Source: Abditibacteriaceae bacterium
GTDB lineage: Bacteria > Armatimonadota > Abditibacteriia > Abditibacteriales > Abditibacteriaceae
Length of the DNA: 64,000 nucleotides
Direction of reading: 5' to 3'
NCBI GenBank assembly: GCA_965277285.1
Contig: OZ255721.1
Coordinates: forward strand, 1,152,001 to 1,216,000
Part shown: positions 40,790 through 51,241 of the stretch, piece by piece
Layout: each line of letters opens with the position of its first letter
Numbering within the stretch: position 1 is the stretch's first letter
Made by a program: the position numbers and the translations under genes
The notes under the pieces: model-generated
The model's input: the letters and a program-made list of their open reading frames with translations, nothing else
The model's database searches: none
Told to the model about the DNA's origin: nothing

Positions 40790-42100
40790 TCAAAGTGCTC
40801 CACTCCGTTCGTCAAATTGTTCGTTCAACTGCTCATCGGGCACGCCATTTCGAGTACTCGATGCGTTCAATTGTTCGTTCAACGTTTCGCTTAAACCGTC
40901 CAGCAAATGTCCCATTTTGCTTTGCTTGGTGCGCAAATAAGCACGGTTATCGTCGTGAACTGTCGGCTGCAACGGCACGCGCTCGACGATTTGCAAACCG
41001 TAACCTTCCAGCCCGACGCGCTTGGCCGGATTGTTGGTCAAAAGCCGCATTTGTCGCACGCCTAAATCGGTCAAAACCTGCGCGCCGGTTCCATATTCGC
41101 GTAAATCCGACGCGAAACCCAGCGCGTGATTCGCTTGTTCGGTATCGGCGCCTTTGTCTTGCAAGGCATACGCGCGAATCTTGTTGATGATGCCGATGCC
41201 GCGCCCTTCGTGATGATCGATATACAGCAAAACGCCGCTGCCTTCTTCGTTGATGCGGTTCATCGCCGCGTGCAACTGCTCGCCGCAATCGCAGCGCAAA
41301 GACAACAGCGCATCGCCCGTCAAACAACCGGAATGCACGCGCACCAAAGTCGGGACATCGGCTTTAATTTCGCCTTTGACCAAAGCGACATACGGCGTTC
41401 CGTCCAAGACGCTTTGATACGCAACAGCACGAAACTCGCCAAACGCCGTAGGAAGGCGCGCTTCAGCGACGAAGTTCACCAATTTTTCGTGCTGCCGACG
41501 ATAGCGAATCAGCGCTTCAATGGTGATAATTTTGATGTCGTGTTCGCGCGATATTTCTGTCAGTTCGGGCAAGTTCGCCGATTCGCCGTCTTCGTTGAGG
41601 ATTTCGCAGATAACGGCGGCGGGATAAAGTTCGCTCAGGTGACACAAATCAATGGCGGCTTCGGTATGTCCGGCGCGCACCAGAACGCCGCCTTCGCGCG
41701 CGCGCAAGGGAAAGGTATGGCCAGGACGCGTCAAATCGGCGGGACGCGCGTTGGTGTCAATTAAGACTTGCACGGCGCGCGCGCGATCACTGGCTGAAAT
41801 GCCGGTTGTAACACCTTCGCGCGCATCGACGCTCATCACGAACGCGGTGCTGTGACGGTCGGTGTTGTGCGGCGTCATCGGCCCGAGTTGCAGTTCTTCC
41901 AAACGTCGGCCTTCCATCGGCACGCAAATCAGGCCGCGCGCATTTTTCGCCATAAAATTGATGGCGCGCGCATCGGCAAACTGCGCCGCGATAATCAAAT
42001 CGCCTTCGTTTTCGCGCGCTTCATCGTCCGTCACAAGAACAAACTTGCCGTTCTTGAAATCTTCCAGCGCGTCTTCAACCGTAGAAAAAGGTGTCGTCAT
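40790..42100 (-). CDS. ribBA: Bifunctional DHBP synthase / GTP cyclohydrolase II
   Basis: DDEARENEGD, RAGHTE, RVHSGCLTGD, RCDCG, EGRGIG. Confidence 0.97.
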   Translation of the reverse strand: MTTPFSTVEDALEDFKNGKFVLVTDDEARENEGDLIIAAQFADARAINFMAKNARGLICVPMEGRRLEELQLGPMTPHNTDRHSTAFVMSVDAREGVTTGISASDRARAVQVLIDTNARPADLTRPGHTFPLRAREGGVLVRAGHTEAAIDLCHLSELYPAAVICEILNEDGESANLPELTEISREHDIKIITIEALIRYRRQHEKLVNFVAEARLPTAFGEFRAVAYQSVLDGTPYVALVKGEIKADVPTLVRVHSGCLTGDALLSLRCDCGEQLHAAMNRINEEGSGVLLYIDHHEGRGIGIINKIRAYALQDKGADTEQANHALGFASDLREYGTGAQVLTDLGVRQMRLLTNNPAKRVGLEGYGLQIVERVPLQPTVHDDNRAYLRTKQSKMGHLLDGLSETLNEQLNASSTRNGVPDEQLNEQFDERSGAL

Positions 42101-42133
42101 AAAATCGAGTACTCGATTGGCTTTCGAGTCATC

Positions 42134-42670
42134 TTAATTGAGCAAAGCGTTCGCTTTCTTCAAAAAATCGCGCGCCGAGTCCACTGTTTCGCGCTCATAC
42201 TTGCGGCCTTTGTTGCTGTAAGATGAACGCAATATTGCATCGGCGTAAGTCCACAAAACCAATTTGCTTTTGTCGAAGTAGAAAAAGTCGTAAGATGGCG
42301 GCGCAATTTGGCTGGCGCCGTCCCAGATAGAGGATTTTTCATGAAGCGGTTTAACATAGAACTTCTCGGTGCGCCGCACAAAAAACAAAGCGCCTTTGGC
42401 AAAGTAAAACTCTTCGCTTGTGCGACTATAATCGCTCAGATACAACGCGACGATTTTGCGCACCGCGCCCTTTTCGCTATAAGCCATCAAGTTGCCGCCT
42501 TCACTCGAATAGCCAGACAAAGCGGCTTCAACTTTGGTGAAACGTTTTAAATCGCGGTCGATCTGTAGGCGTTGCGGACGAGCCGACACTATAATCTGCT
42601 CTGGCGTTGCGGCGCAGACAAATCGAGTACTCGAAAGCGCCAACAGCAAAGCGAGAACATTTCTTTTCAT
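42134..42670 (-). CDS. Secreted hypothetical protein inside the rib operon
   Basis: Signal-peptide-like N-terminus, which itself contains the palindrome as SSTR. Confidence 0.65.
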   Translation of the reverse strand: MKRNVLALLLALSSTRFVCAATPEQIIVSARPQRLQIDRDLKRFTKVEAALSGYSSEGGNLMAYSEKGAVRKIVALYLSDYSRTSEEFYFAKGALFFVRRTEKFYVKPLHEKSSIWDGASQIAPPSYDFFYFDKSKLVLWTYADAILRSSYSNKGRKYERETVDSARDFLKKANALLN

Positions 42671-42686
42671 AGCGAAACCTTGCTTT

Positions 42687-43295
42687 TCAACCGACTTTTT
42701 GCGCCCATTTCGTCATGTGATCGACGTATTTGGCGATGATGTCCACTTCGAGATTGACTTGCGCCCCTTCGTCCCAATTGTTCGCTGTCGTCACGTCGCG
42801 CGTGTGCGGAATCAAGGCGACGCTGAAACGATTGTAAGCAGCGTTGGCGACCGTTAAAGAAACGCCATCAATGCAAATCGAACCTTTTTCGACAATGAAT
42901 TTCATCACGGCGAACGGCGGCTCGAAGGTCGTCCACCAACCTTCGCCTTCGACGCGCGAACCGACGACCGTTCCCACTCCATCGACATGACCTTGCACGA
43001 TGTGTCCGCCCAAACGCGCCGTCGCCAAAAGCGCGCGCTCCAGATTGACGCGACTTCCCACTTTTTGTCGCCCCAAAGTTGTGCGGCGCATTGTTTCTTC
43101 GACCGCTTCCACGACGAACGTGCGCTTCGAGTACTCGATAACCGTCAAACACACGCCGTTGACCGAAATGCTTTCGCCGATTTGCGCGTCGCTCAGCCAG
43201 GCATCGTCTTCGACGCCTATGGTCAGGCGCCGCGACTCGCCGACTTCTTCCAGCTTTTCGATGGTTCCAATGCGTTCAATTAAACCTGTAAACAT
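42687..43295 (-). CDS. ribE: Riboflavin synthase (alpha chain)
   Basis: MFTGLIE, GESISVNGVCLTV, GGHIVQGHVD, KGSICIDGVSLT. Confidence 0.96.
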   Translation of the reverse strand: MFTGLIERIGTIEKLEEVGESRRLTIGVEDDAWLSDAQIGESISVNGVCLTVIEYSKRTFVVEAVEETMRRTTLGRQKVGSRVNLERALLATARLGGHIVQGHVDGVGTVVGSRVEGEGWWTTFEPPFAVMKFIVEKGSICIDGVSLTVANAAYNRFSVALIPHTRDVTTANNWDEGAQVNLEVDIIAKYVDHMTKWAQKVG

Positions 43296-43306
43296 TTTCG
43301 GGTTCG

Positions 43307-44425
43307 CTACATAGTTTCGTGCGTGTAACCTTGAATCAAAACATCGCCGTCCAAACTTTCGGTTTGAACATCGCTCAATCGCAACGCTTGCGATAGAGTT
43401 GCGGTTCCCATCGACGGAATTGCGTTCAAGCCGTCGCCGCCAAGGATCAACGGCGCCACGAAGAACGCGATTTTGTCCACGTTGCCGCTTTTCAACGCGC
43501 TGGCCGCGATCTGCGCGCCGCCTTCAATCAAAACGCTGTAAATTCTTTCGTCAATCAAAGCGCGCCATAAGTGCGACAAATCAACGCGACCACTTTCGTC
43601 TTGGGTCAATTCGAGTACTCGAACGCCGCGCGTTTCCAGTTCGGTTCGCTTGTCACGCGGCATTTGCGCCGTTGTCGCAACCAGAACTTTCGCGCCGTTG
43701 TCGTTCAACATTTTCGCGTCGAGCGGAATGCGTCCGCGTGAATCGACAACAATGCGTTGCGGCTGTTTCCAGCGGCCTTCCAGACGAACATTGAGTTGCG
43801 GATCATCGGCGAGCAGTGTTTCGATGCCGACTAAAACGGCGTCGTGTTCGTGACGCATTTGGTGCGCGCGACGGCGACTTTCGCTGTTCGTAATCCATTG
43901 CGAATCGCCGGTTTTGGTGGCGATTTTTCCATCCAGCGAAGCCGCGCATTTCAAGGTGACAAAGGGCAAACCGGTGATAATCGTCTTCAAGAAATGATCT
44001 TGCGCTCGAATACATTCCTGGCGCATGAACTCGCCGACGACTTCGATTCCCGCAGCCTGCAACTGGCGAACGCCACGCCCGTTGATTTCGGGATTGGGGT
44101 CGCGCACGCCGTAAACCACGCGCGCAATTCCGGCTTCAATCAAAGCGTTGGTACACGGCGGCGTCGTTCCATAATGCGAACACGGCTCGAGCGTCACATA
44201 TGCTGTTGCGCCGCGCGTTTCCAAACCGTTCTGGCGCGCTTCGTTGAGGGCGACGACTTCGGCGTGCGGGTTTCCGTCGCCAGGCTGCGTGTGTCCGCCG
44301 CCGATGATTGCGCCGTTTTGGACGAGAACGCAGCCGACGCTGGGACGCGGACTTGTCCAGCCGCGACCGCGTGCGCTGTAACTTAAAGCGGCGCGCATTC
44401 CTGCTTGGTCGTTAAGAATCGTCAT
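43307..44425 (-). CDS. ribD: Riboflavin deaminase/reductase
   Basis: HAE, TLEPCSH...PPC, SLDGKIA, IEGG. Confidence 0.96.
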   Translation of the reverse strand: MTILNDQAGMRAALSYSARGRGWTSPRPSVGCVLVQNGAIIGGGHTQPGDGNPHAEVVALNEARQNGLETRGATAYVTLEPCSHYGTTPPCTNALIEAGIARVVYGVRDPNPEINGRGVRQLQAAGIEVVGEFMRQECIRAQDHFLKTIITGLPFVTLKCAASLDGKIATKTGDSQWITNSESRRRAHQMRHEHDAVLVGIETLLADDPQLNVRLEGRWKQPQRIVVDSRGRIPLDAKMLNDNGAKVLVATTAQMPRDKRTELETRGVRVLELTQDESGRVDLSHLWRALIDERIYSVLIEGGAQIAASALKSGNVDKIAFFVAPLILGGDGLNAIPSMGTATLSQALRLSDVQTESLDGDVLIQGYTHETM

Positions 44426-44861
44426 TGGGGGAAGTTCGAGTACTCGATTGTCGCTTTTGCGCGGCGCTTTGCAGCACTTCGGCAAACTTTTGTTGCCGTC
44501 GCTCGCTTTGGATTTGACGTTCGCGCGCGGTTTGTTTCAGGTCGAGCAGCAGTAAAATCAGCGCGGGAATGAGCAGGCAAAAGGCGCCGCCGACGGTGAA
44601 CAGAAAATGTCGCGCCTGTTCTTTCAATTGCGGCGTGCGTTGTGTGCCGACTGGCCACAACCAGACTACGGCGTAAAAGTTAGTGCCGAAAATCAACAAC
44701 CAAAACGCAGCGGAAACTAAACGCAAGCGTAACTGCCGCGACATCGGAACATTGTCGCCGCGGCTGACACGCGCAGTTTCCCACCACGCGCCGCATAAAA
44801 TGGCGAAGAACCCGATGGCGCACAAGGACGCAAAAACCGCGCGAGACGAAGAAACATTCAT
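44412..44861 (-). CDS. Hypothetical membrane protein
   Basis: Three hydrophobic segments; 3' end overlaps the ribD start. Confidence 0.6.
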   Translation of the reverse strand: MNVSSSRAVFASLCAIGFFAILCGAWWETARVSRGDNVPMSRQLRLRLVSAAFWLLIFGTNFYAVVWLWPVGTQRTPQLKEQARHFLFTVGGAFCLLIPALILLLLDLKQTARERQIQSERRQQKFAEVLQSAAQKRQSSTRTSPNDDS

Positions 44862-44911
44862 CGCAAAAACCCGATTTCATTATAACGCGACGGCTTCCCA
44901 AAGGAATTAAT

Positions 44912-45072
44912 CCGCCAAGACGCCAAGTCCGCCAAGTCCGCCAAGTCCGCCAAGTCCGCCAAGTCCGCCAAGTCCGCCAAGAAAGATAGGAAAAAAGATA
45001 AGAGAAATGATACTGTTGCAACTTTCGAGTACTCGATTTCATTTTCTTGGCGCTCTTCGCGTCTTGGCGGTT
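44912..45072. repeat. 9-bp tandem array (CGCCAAGTC)x6+ forming one arm of a CCGCCAAG...CTTGGCGG inverted repeat
   Basis: Units at 44921, 44930, 44939, 44948, 44957 and 44966, partial at 44975; opposite arm at 45045-45072. Confidence 0.85.
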
Positions 45073-45108
45073 CATTTTTCAACGTCTTTCCAGCGTTTGC
45101 GCTAAACT

Positions 45109-46929
45109 TTGCGCGTGAACAACGGCTATAACCAAGAATTAATACGCAACTTCTCCATTATCGCGCACATCGATCACGGCAAAAGCACGCTCGCCGACCG
45201 CATGTTGCAGATGACCAACGCCGTCGCCGACCGCGACATGAAAGAGCAAATGCTCGACTCGATGGATCTCGAACGCGAGCGCGGCATCACCATCAAAGCC
45301 AGCGCCGTGCGTTGCGATTACACCGCGCGCAATGGCACGACTTACGTTTTCAACCTTATCGACACGCCTGGACACGTCGATTTCGGCTACGAAGTTTCGC
45401 GCGCATTGGCGGCTTGCGAAGGCGCGCTTTTAGTCGTCGATGCCAGTCAAGGCGTCGAAGCGCAAACTGTGGCCAACGCACATCTGGCGATTATGAGCGA
45501 CCTGACGATTATTCCAGTACTCAATAAGATTGACCTTCCGGGCGCCGATCCCGACCGCGTGATTTCCGAAATCGAAGAGATCGTCGGCTTGCCTGGCGAA
45601 GACGCGATTTTGGCCAGCGGCAAAAGCGGCATCGGCGTCGAAGACATCTTCGAGGCGATTGTCGAACGCATTCCCGCGCCCAAAGGCGATAAAAACGATC
45701 CGTTGCGCGCACTCATTTTCGATTCGAGTTACGACGCGTATCGCGGCATCATCGTTTATATCCGCATCATGGAAGGCACCATTCGCGCTGGCGAAGAAGT
45801 GCGCTTGATGGGCGGCGAACATCGTTTTGAACTGACCGAACTCGGCGTTTTTCGCCCTAAAATGACGGCTGTGCAAGAACTTTCCGCCGGAGAAACTGGC
45901 TATCTTGTCGCAGGCATTAAAGATGTGGCGGATGTGCGCATCGGCGACACGGTAACGAGTACTCGAAACCCTGCCAAAGAAGCGCTTCCCGGCTACCGCG
46001 AACCCAAGCCGATGGTTTTTTGCGGATTGTATCCTGTCGAATCGAACGAGTTTGAAGATTTGCGCGATGCTCTGGACAAACTGCGCTTAAACGACGCGTC
46101 GCTTTCTTATACGGCGGATTCTTCGCCTGCCTTAGGCTTCGGTTTTCGCTGCGGATTTTTAGGCTTGCTGCACATGGACATCGTGCAGGAACGCTTGGAG
46201 CGCGAATACAATTTGACGCTGATTGCGACCGCGCCCAGCGTGGTTTATCGCGTGACGCGTACCAGCGGCGAAGTCTTCGAGATCGATAATCCGGCGAAAA
46301 TGCCTCCCTCGAACGAAGTCGAGAAAGTCGAGGAACCGACAGTCACGGCGACGATCATCGTGCCGCCGGAATATGTCGGGCCGTGTCTGGAATTGTGCGA
46401 AAGTCGTCGCGGCGTCCACAAAGGCATGGAGTTTTCGAGTTCGGGCGGACGCGTCACCATCACTTATATTCTGCCGCTGTCGGAAATGATCATGGACTTT
46501 TTCGACCAGTTGAAAAGCCGCACGCGCGGTTACGCTTCGCTCGATTACGAACTGGCCGAATATCAGGCTGGGCCGCTGAACAAGCTGGATATTCTGCTGA
46601 ACGGCGAAATCGTCGACGCGCTGAGTTTCATTTGTCACCGTGACCAGGCGCACAAGCGCGGCAAAGTGATGTGCGAAAAATTGAAGGAATTGCTGACGCG
46701 CCAGCAGTTTCAAATCAAGATTCAAGCGGCCATTGGCGCCAAGATTGTGGCCAGCGAACAATTGTCGGCGATGCGCAAAGACGTGACCGCCAAATGTTAC
46801 GGCGGCGACATTTCGCGCAAGCGCAAGCTACTGGAAAAGCAGAAAGAAGGCAAAAAACGCATGAAGCAAGTCGGTAGCGTCGAAATCCCGCAGGAAGCGT
46901 TTCTCAGCGTGTTACGCGTCAACGATTGA
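45109..46929 (+). CDS. lepA: Translation elongation factor 4
   Basis: [50 protein letters not shown]. Exact start uncertain. Confidence 0.98.
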   Translation: MRVNNGYNQELIRNFSIIAHIDHGKSTLADRMLQMTNAVADRDMKEQMLDSMDLERERGITIKASAVRCDYTARNGTTYVFNLIDTPGHVDFGYEVSRALAACEGALLVVDASQGVEAQTVANAHLAIMSDLTIIPVLNKIDLPGADPDRVISEIEEIVGLPGEDAILASGKSGIGVEDIFEAIVERIPAPKGDKNDPLRALIFDSSYDAYRGIIVYIRIMEGTIRAGEEVRLMGGEHRFELTELGVFRPKMTAVQELSAGETGYLVAGIKDVADVRIGDTVTSTRNPAKEALPGYREPKPMVFCGLYPVESNEFEDLRDALDKLRLNDASLSYTADSSPALGFGFRCGFLGLLHMDIVQERLEREYNLTLIATAPSVVYRVTRTSGEVFEIDNPAKMPPSNEVEKVEEPTVTATIIVPPEYVGPCLELCESRRGVHKGMEFSSSGGRVTITYILPLSEMIMDFFDQLKSRTRGYASLDYELAEYQAGPLNKLDILLNGEIVDALSFICHRDQAHKRGKVMCEKLKELLTRQQFQIKIQAAIGAKIVASEQLSAMRKDVTAKCYGGDISRKRKLLEKQKEGKKRMKQVGSVEIPQEAFLSVLRVND

Positions 46930-46937
46930 GATTTGGC

Positions 46938-46979
46938 AACGAACTCGAAGCGGATACGCTTCGGGTTCGTTAGTTTTTG
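46938..46979 (+). terminator. Hairpin after lepA (shortened family A repeat)
   Basis: aacgaactcgaagcg-gata-cgcttcgggttcgtt followed by a T-rich tract. Confidence 0.65.
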
Positions 46980-47180
46980 ACTTGCCGATGAGGTTGATTT
47001 ATGTGGTTCAGAAAAATTTTATTGCCACTTGCTTTCTTTTTGTGGCGTTTTGTTCTACAATAGTGTGGCGAACGAATTGGTGTTCGCAAATGTTTCAAAT
47101 TGTCGAATGAGTAGGCGTTGGAAAAAGCATCTCGGTGACTTTGACGGCGCACGTTCACGGCAGCACAGGAAAAGTGTTTC

Positions 47181-47387
47181 ATGGCAAAAGGTACAGTGAA
47201 GTGGTTCAACGACTCGAAGGGCTTTGGCTTCATCGAGCAGGAAGATGGCGGCGAAGATGTTTTCGTCCATCACAGCACGATTCAGTCGGACGGTTATCGT
47301 TCGCTGCAAGAAGGCGCTAAAGTCGAGTTCGATGTCAACAAAGAAGACAAAGGCCTGCGCGCCGCAAACGTCAAAGTCATCGGCTAA
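47181..47387 (+). CDS. Cold-shock protein (CspA family)
   Basis: [22 protein letters not shown]. Confidence 0.96.
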   Translation: MAKGTVKWFNDSKGFGFIEQEDGGEDVFVHHSTIQSDGYRSLQEGAKVEFDVNKEDKGLRAANVKVIG

Positions 47388-47404
47388 TTTTTAGCTCAAA
47401 CTTT

Positions 47405-47440
47405 CTTCCCATCAGGCTTCGGCTTGGTGGGAAGTTTCGT
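47405..47440 (+). terminator. Intrinsic terminator after csp
   Basis: cttcccatcaggc-ttcg-gcttggtgggaag followed by ttt. Confidence 0.7.
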
Positions 47441-47448
47441 TTATGGGA

Positions 47449-47560
47449 CAGCGAATGAATTCGCCGCCAGAAAAAGGTGTCGGTCTTCACCGACACAACT
47501 TCAAGTTGCTTTGTGTCAACGGAGGTTGACACCTTTCTCTGGCGGCGAATTCATTCGCTG
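47449..47560. repeat. REP-like inverted repeat with internal hairpins
   Basis: 33-bp arms cagcgaatgaattcgccgccaga... with one mismatch; inner hairpins gtgtcgg..ccgacac and gtgtcaac..gttgacac. Confidence 0.8.
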
Positions 47561-47599
47561 GCTTCGGAACAATCGAGTACTCGAAAGGAAAAGATCGCC

Positions 47600-48463
47600 A
47601 TGAAGAAATCGTTTTTCCACATCGCCGCTGTTGCTTTTACAACTTCCGCCTGGATAGTTTCCGGCTGCCACGCATCAACTTCCAACGCGACGAAAATCGC
47701 TGTTCCACAGATTAAGCCGTTGCCCTTCGACACCATTCCAGCGCGTGGCGGCGTCATCAAAATTACGCCGATTATTCACGCCAGCATTCAAATCGAATAT
47801 GCGGGGAAAGTTATTTTAGTCGATCCAATTGGTGCAGGAACGTATCACAAAAAAGCCGATTTGGTTTTGATCACGCATTTTCATCCCGATCATTACGACC
47901 CGAACACGATTGCGAAAAACAGCAAACCCGCAGCGATTATTATCCTGCCGTCGAACTCGCAATCTGGTGCAGCGAGCAACGCGATTAATGCCTTGGGGCG
48001 CGGCCAGGTTCAATCGCTCTCAAACAACGGCACAGGAAAAATAGGCGGCATCGTTATTACCACGTTCCCGATGTACAACATCGTGCGCGGCCCGAAACCT
48101 GGTCAGAAATTTCATCCCAAAGGCGATGGTAACGGTTACATTCTCACACTTGGCGGCAAGCGCATTTACATCGCGGGTGATACCGAAGTGACGCCGGAGA
48201 TGCGAGCGCTCAAAAACATCGACGCCGCGTTTATTCCGATGAATTTGCCATATACGATGACGCCGCAGGAAGCTGCCGTTGGCGTGCGCGCGTTCAAGCC
48301 CAAAGTCGTTTATCCGTATCATTTCCGCTATCCGTTCAATCAGCCGAACGACAATCCCCAGCAGTTCATTCAAGCGATGAAAGGCAGCGGCGTGAGCGTT
48401 CGAGTACTCGATTGGTACAATGCGGCTCCCGTCGCGCGCTTTATGGCGGCCAATAAGCCCTGA
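47600..48463 (+). CDS. Exported metallo-beta-lactamase-fold hydrolase
   Basis: THFHPDH, YIAGDT, YPYH; lipoprotein-like signal (VSGC); RBS upstream. Confidence 0.88.
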   Translation: MKKSFFHIAAVAFTTSAWIVSGCHASTSNATKIAVPQIKPLPFDTIPARGGVIKITPIIHASIQIEYAGKVILVDPIGAGTYHKKADLVLITHFHPDHYDPNTIAKNSKPAAIIILPSNSQSGAASNAINALGRGQVQSLSNNGTGKIGGIVITTFPMYNIVRGPKPGQKFHPKGDGNGYILTLGGKRIYIAGDTEVTPEMRALKNIDAAFIPMNLPYTMTPQEAAVGVRAFKPKVVYPYHFRYPFNQPNDNPQQFIQAMKGSGVSVRVLDWYNAAPVARFMAANKP

Positions 48464-48504
48464 AAACAAACACCGTCTGTCTTAATAAATTATCGTGTTT
48501 GGTC

Positions 48505-48548
48505 ACAACGACCCGCTCCTGCTTTGTTCGCAGGGGCGGGTTCGTTGT
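48505..48548 (+). terminator. Hairpin after the MBL gene
   Basis: acaacgacccgctcctgc...gcaggggcgggttcgttgt. Confidence 0.6.
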
Positions 48549-48730
48549 ACTGATTTCGCATAGCCAATATAGCCAATTTCTCGCAGTCGCACGCGCGAAT
48601 TAGCTAAATCAATATAGCAACGGAATTCTATGGCCTTAACTGTCTATGCATTTCTTTGACAAAAAAATTCTTTAATTAATGCTCCAAAAATGTTTGAACT
48701 TTCAAACAAATGGGTATATATAACCTAAGA

Positions 48731-48748
48731 CGTTTAACCGGTTAAACG
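48731..48748. promoter_or_regulatory. Putative LacI-family operator CGTTTAACCGGTTAAACG
   Basis: Perfect 18-bp palindrome with central CG, about 25 bp upstream of a LacI gene and just downstream of an AT-rich promoter-like region. Confidence 0.7.
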
Positions 48749-48772
48749 AATGCTTGAAGGAAGGGTTCTCTT

Positions 48773-49807
48773 TTGAACACCAAGCGATCAACAATCAAAG
48801 ATGTGGCTCAAGTTTGCGGTGTGTCGGTGGCGACGGTTTCCTATGTCATCAATGGAACGCGCGTGTTAAAGCCGGACACACGCGAGCGCGTTTTGAAGGT
48901 GATGGAGGAGATGGATTACCATCCCAGTGCGGTGGCGCGTGGTCTTTCCTCCAAGCGTGTTTATACGATTGGGATCCATTGCGGAGTGCTGCAGGCCGCG
49001 GAATTTATTACGAATTCCTACGGTGCGGGTCTTCTGGCAGGCGTTCTGGATCGTGCTTCGCGGGAAGGGTTCGATGTCACGATCTTTACGACCCAATGGC
49101 AAAGCGTGCGAAAATCGGCGCCTTCGTTGCGCGATGGTCGCACCGATGGGATTTTAGTGATCGCGCCGCCCATATCGGCGGATACGTTTGAAGGTTTGGT
49201 ATCGCTTGGGCGGCCTTTGGTAGCGATCTCGGCACCATCGCATCGCGGTATTCCGGTGGTGGATGTGGATAATTACGCGGGAGCAAAAATGGCGGCGCGT
49301 CATCTCATTGAGTTGGGACACAAGCGCATTGCGGCGATTTTGGGCGATACCGATTTGACTTCTTTTGCGCCGCGCCATGCCGGATTTTGTGACGCTCTGG
49401 AGGAAGCTGGCTTGCCGCAAAAATCCGAGTGGATCGTACCCTCGCGCTTCGATGGCTCCTTGGCCTTCGAGCAAACCCAGACGTTGTTGCGGTCCAGGGA
49501 ACCGCCAACCGCTATTTGTGCAGGAAACGATACCATCGCTATGGTGGTTATTGATGCGGCGCGCAGTAGCGGCGTGCGCGTTCCGCAAGAGCTTTCCGTG
49601 GTGGGTTTCGACGATATGCCTTTGGCAACAATTGTCACTCCGAACCTGACCACGATTCGACAGCCGCTCCGTGACATTGGCGACTGCGCGACGACCCTGC
49701 TCATAGAGCGCGTACAAAAACACGCTCTGGCAAACGACGAGAAAGTTTGCTTACTTGCCCCGGAACTTATTGTGCGCGGCTCCACTTCAACCGCTCCACG
49801 CTCTTAA
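48773..49807 (+). CDS. LacI-family transcriptional regulator
   Basis: [50 protein letters not shown]. Confidence 0.96.
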   Translation: MNTKRSTIKDVAQVCGVSVATVSYVINGTRVLKPDTRERVLKVMEEMDYHPSAVARGLSSKRVYTIGIHCGVLQAAEFITNSYGAGLLAGVLDRASREGFDVTIFTTQWQSVRKSAPSLRDGRTDGILVIAPPISADTFEGLVSLGRPLVAISAPSHRGIPVVDVDNYAGAKMAARHLIELGHKRIAAILGDTDLTSFAPRHAGFCDALEEAGLPQKSEWIVPSRFDGSLAFEQTQTLLRSREPPTAICAGNDTIAMVVIDAARSSGVRVPQELSVVGFDDMPLATIVTPNLTTIRQPLRDIGDCATTLLIERVQKHALANDEKVCLLAPELIVRGSTSTAPRS

Positions 49808-49854
49808 TTTCCAAATTTGGTTTCCCGTTAAAGGGTTACAAGGAGAGAAAAACC

Positions 49855-50643
49855 ATGAAAACGTTACACGCCAGCCGTACCAACCGCACACGTCAGACGG
49901 GCTTCACGCTCATCGAACTACTTGTCGTCATCGCCATCATCGCCATTCTCGCAGCGATTTTGTTTCCAGCCTTCGCCAAAGCGCGCGAAAGCGCCCGTCG
50001 CGCCAGTTGCTCCAGCAACGAAAAGCAGATCGGCTTGGCCATCCTACAGTATGCGCAGGAATGGGACGAGCATTACCCGATGCGCTACGAACAGAACCAT
50101 GGATGGGATCAGACGATTCAGCCCTACCTGAAAAGCGTAGACCTTTTCAAGTGCCCTTCCAATACAAACTCGGCGTTGCCCCTCAGCTTGGCAGTTGATG
50201 GCTTTCCGCAAGTCAACCGTTCCTACGAAGGCAACGAGCGCATCTTTGGTGAATCTTGGGCAACGGGAGCCTTATCAATCGCCGCAGTCGATGCTCCAGC
50301 CACCAAAATCATGGTTGGCGAGAGCAACACGTTTTATGGCTACATGTATCCTGACTGGAGCAACGCTGCTAACAACAACATTCCGACTACCGGATTTGCA
50401 GGTCACCTGGGTACTTGGAACTGCTTGTTCGCTGACGGTCATGTGAAGTCACTGCGTCCGACACAGACTGGGACACCTATCAATATGTGGGGCGCTTTTA
50501 ACGACAATACAGTAGGCACTGACTGCAAGATGGACCACGACGCCACCAACCCTTGGAAAGATCCTTACACGGGTATCAACTGCGATCAGGTTTCGCCCGG
50601 AGTGTTGACTGGCTTGCAACAGCTTGAGGCCAAATATCAGTAA
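49855..50643 (+). CDS. Prepilin-type N-terminal cleavage/methylation protein with DUF1559 and H-X9-DG domains
   Basis: [67 protein letters not shown]. Confidence 0.93.
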   Translation: MKTLHASRTNRTRQTGFTLIELLVVIAIIAILAAILFPAFAKARESARRASCSSNEKQIGLAILQYAQEWDEHYPMRYEQNHGWDQTIQPYLKSVDLFKCPSNTNSALPLSLAVDGFPQVNRSYEGNERIFGESWATGALSIAAVDAPATKIMVGESNTFYGYMYPDWSNAANNNIPTTGFAGHLGTWNCLFADGHVKSLRPTQTGTPINMWGAFNDNTVGTDCKMDHDATNPWKDPYTGINCDQVSPGVLTGLQQLEAKYQ

Positions 50644-50827
50644 CCCCAAATTGCGGGCTTTGTAATTGCCGAATATTACAACAGACCGCAGAAAGTTGCT
50701 TCGCTGCAAATTTAGCTGATGGCTCAATTGATGTGCCAGAATCGAAGAGGGACTTGAACTGTAGGCGGTTCAAGTCCTCTGTTCATACTTAGTTCCACTC
50801 ATTGACGTAAAACCAAAAGGAATTTTC

Positions 50828-51118
50828 ATGGCATCGACTCATTACCATTCCAGCCACAAAACATCGCAGATTATGGCCACGCGGCAAGGTTCGAGTACTC
50901 GAATTGCAGCGACTGCCCTGTCTTTGCTCGGCCTGCTTGCTCTCGGTGGTTGCTCGCACGGAGCAGATTCCGCAGGCGCTGCTGTCGACACGAACGATCC
51001 CATGGCGCGCGCTCAGGCTGTGCAGTCGATCCCTGGCATCCCACCTCAGGCCAAACAACAAATGATGCAAAGCGCTCAGGCACAAGCAGCCGCGCAACCA
51101 GCACCCAAGCCGCAATAG
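50828..51118 (+). CDS. Small putative lipoprotein
   Basis: Hydrophobic stretch ending LALGGC and a Gln/Ala-rich tail; alternative ATG at 50873. Confidence 0.65.
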   Translation: MASTHYHSSHKTSQIMATRQGSSTRIAATALSLLGLLALGGCSHGADSAGAAVDTNDPMARAQAVQSIPGIPPQAKQQMMQSAQAQAAAQPAPKPQ

Positions 51119-51241
51119 CGTCGTATTAAATTCTTGTGCAAAGCCATTGGGCGCCAAGCCGATCTGACATCTTCAAAGCTGTTATCGAGTACTCGATAAC
51201 AGCTTTTGACGACATGACGGCAGGAATTTGGGAAAACACCG

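Noticed and set aside
44680..45082. ORFs with WRT or LAD repeats
   Set aside because: Translation of the 9-bp tandem repeat in an intergenic region.
44426..45108. FMN riboswitch upstream of the rib operon
   Set aside because: No RFN consensus seen; ribD is preceded directly by an overlapping membrane-protein gene.
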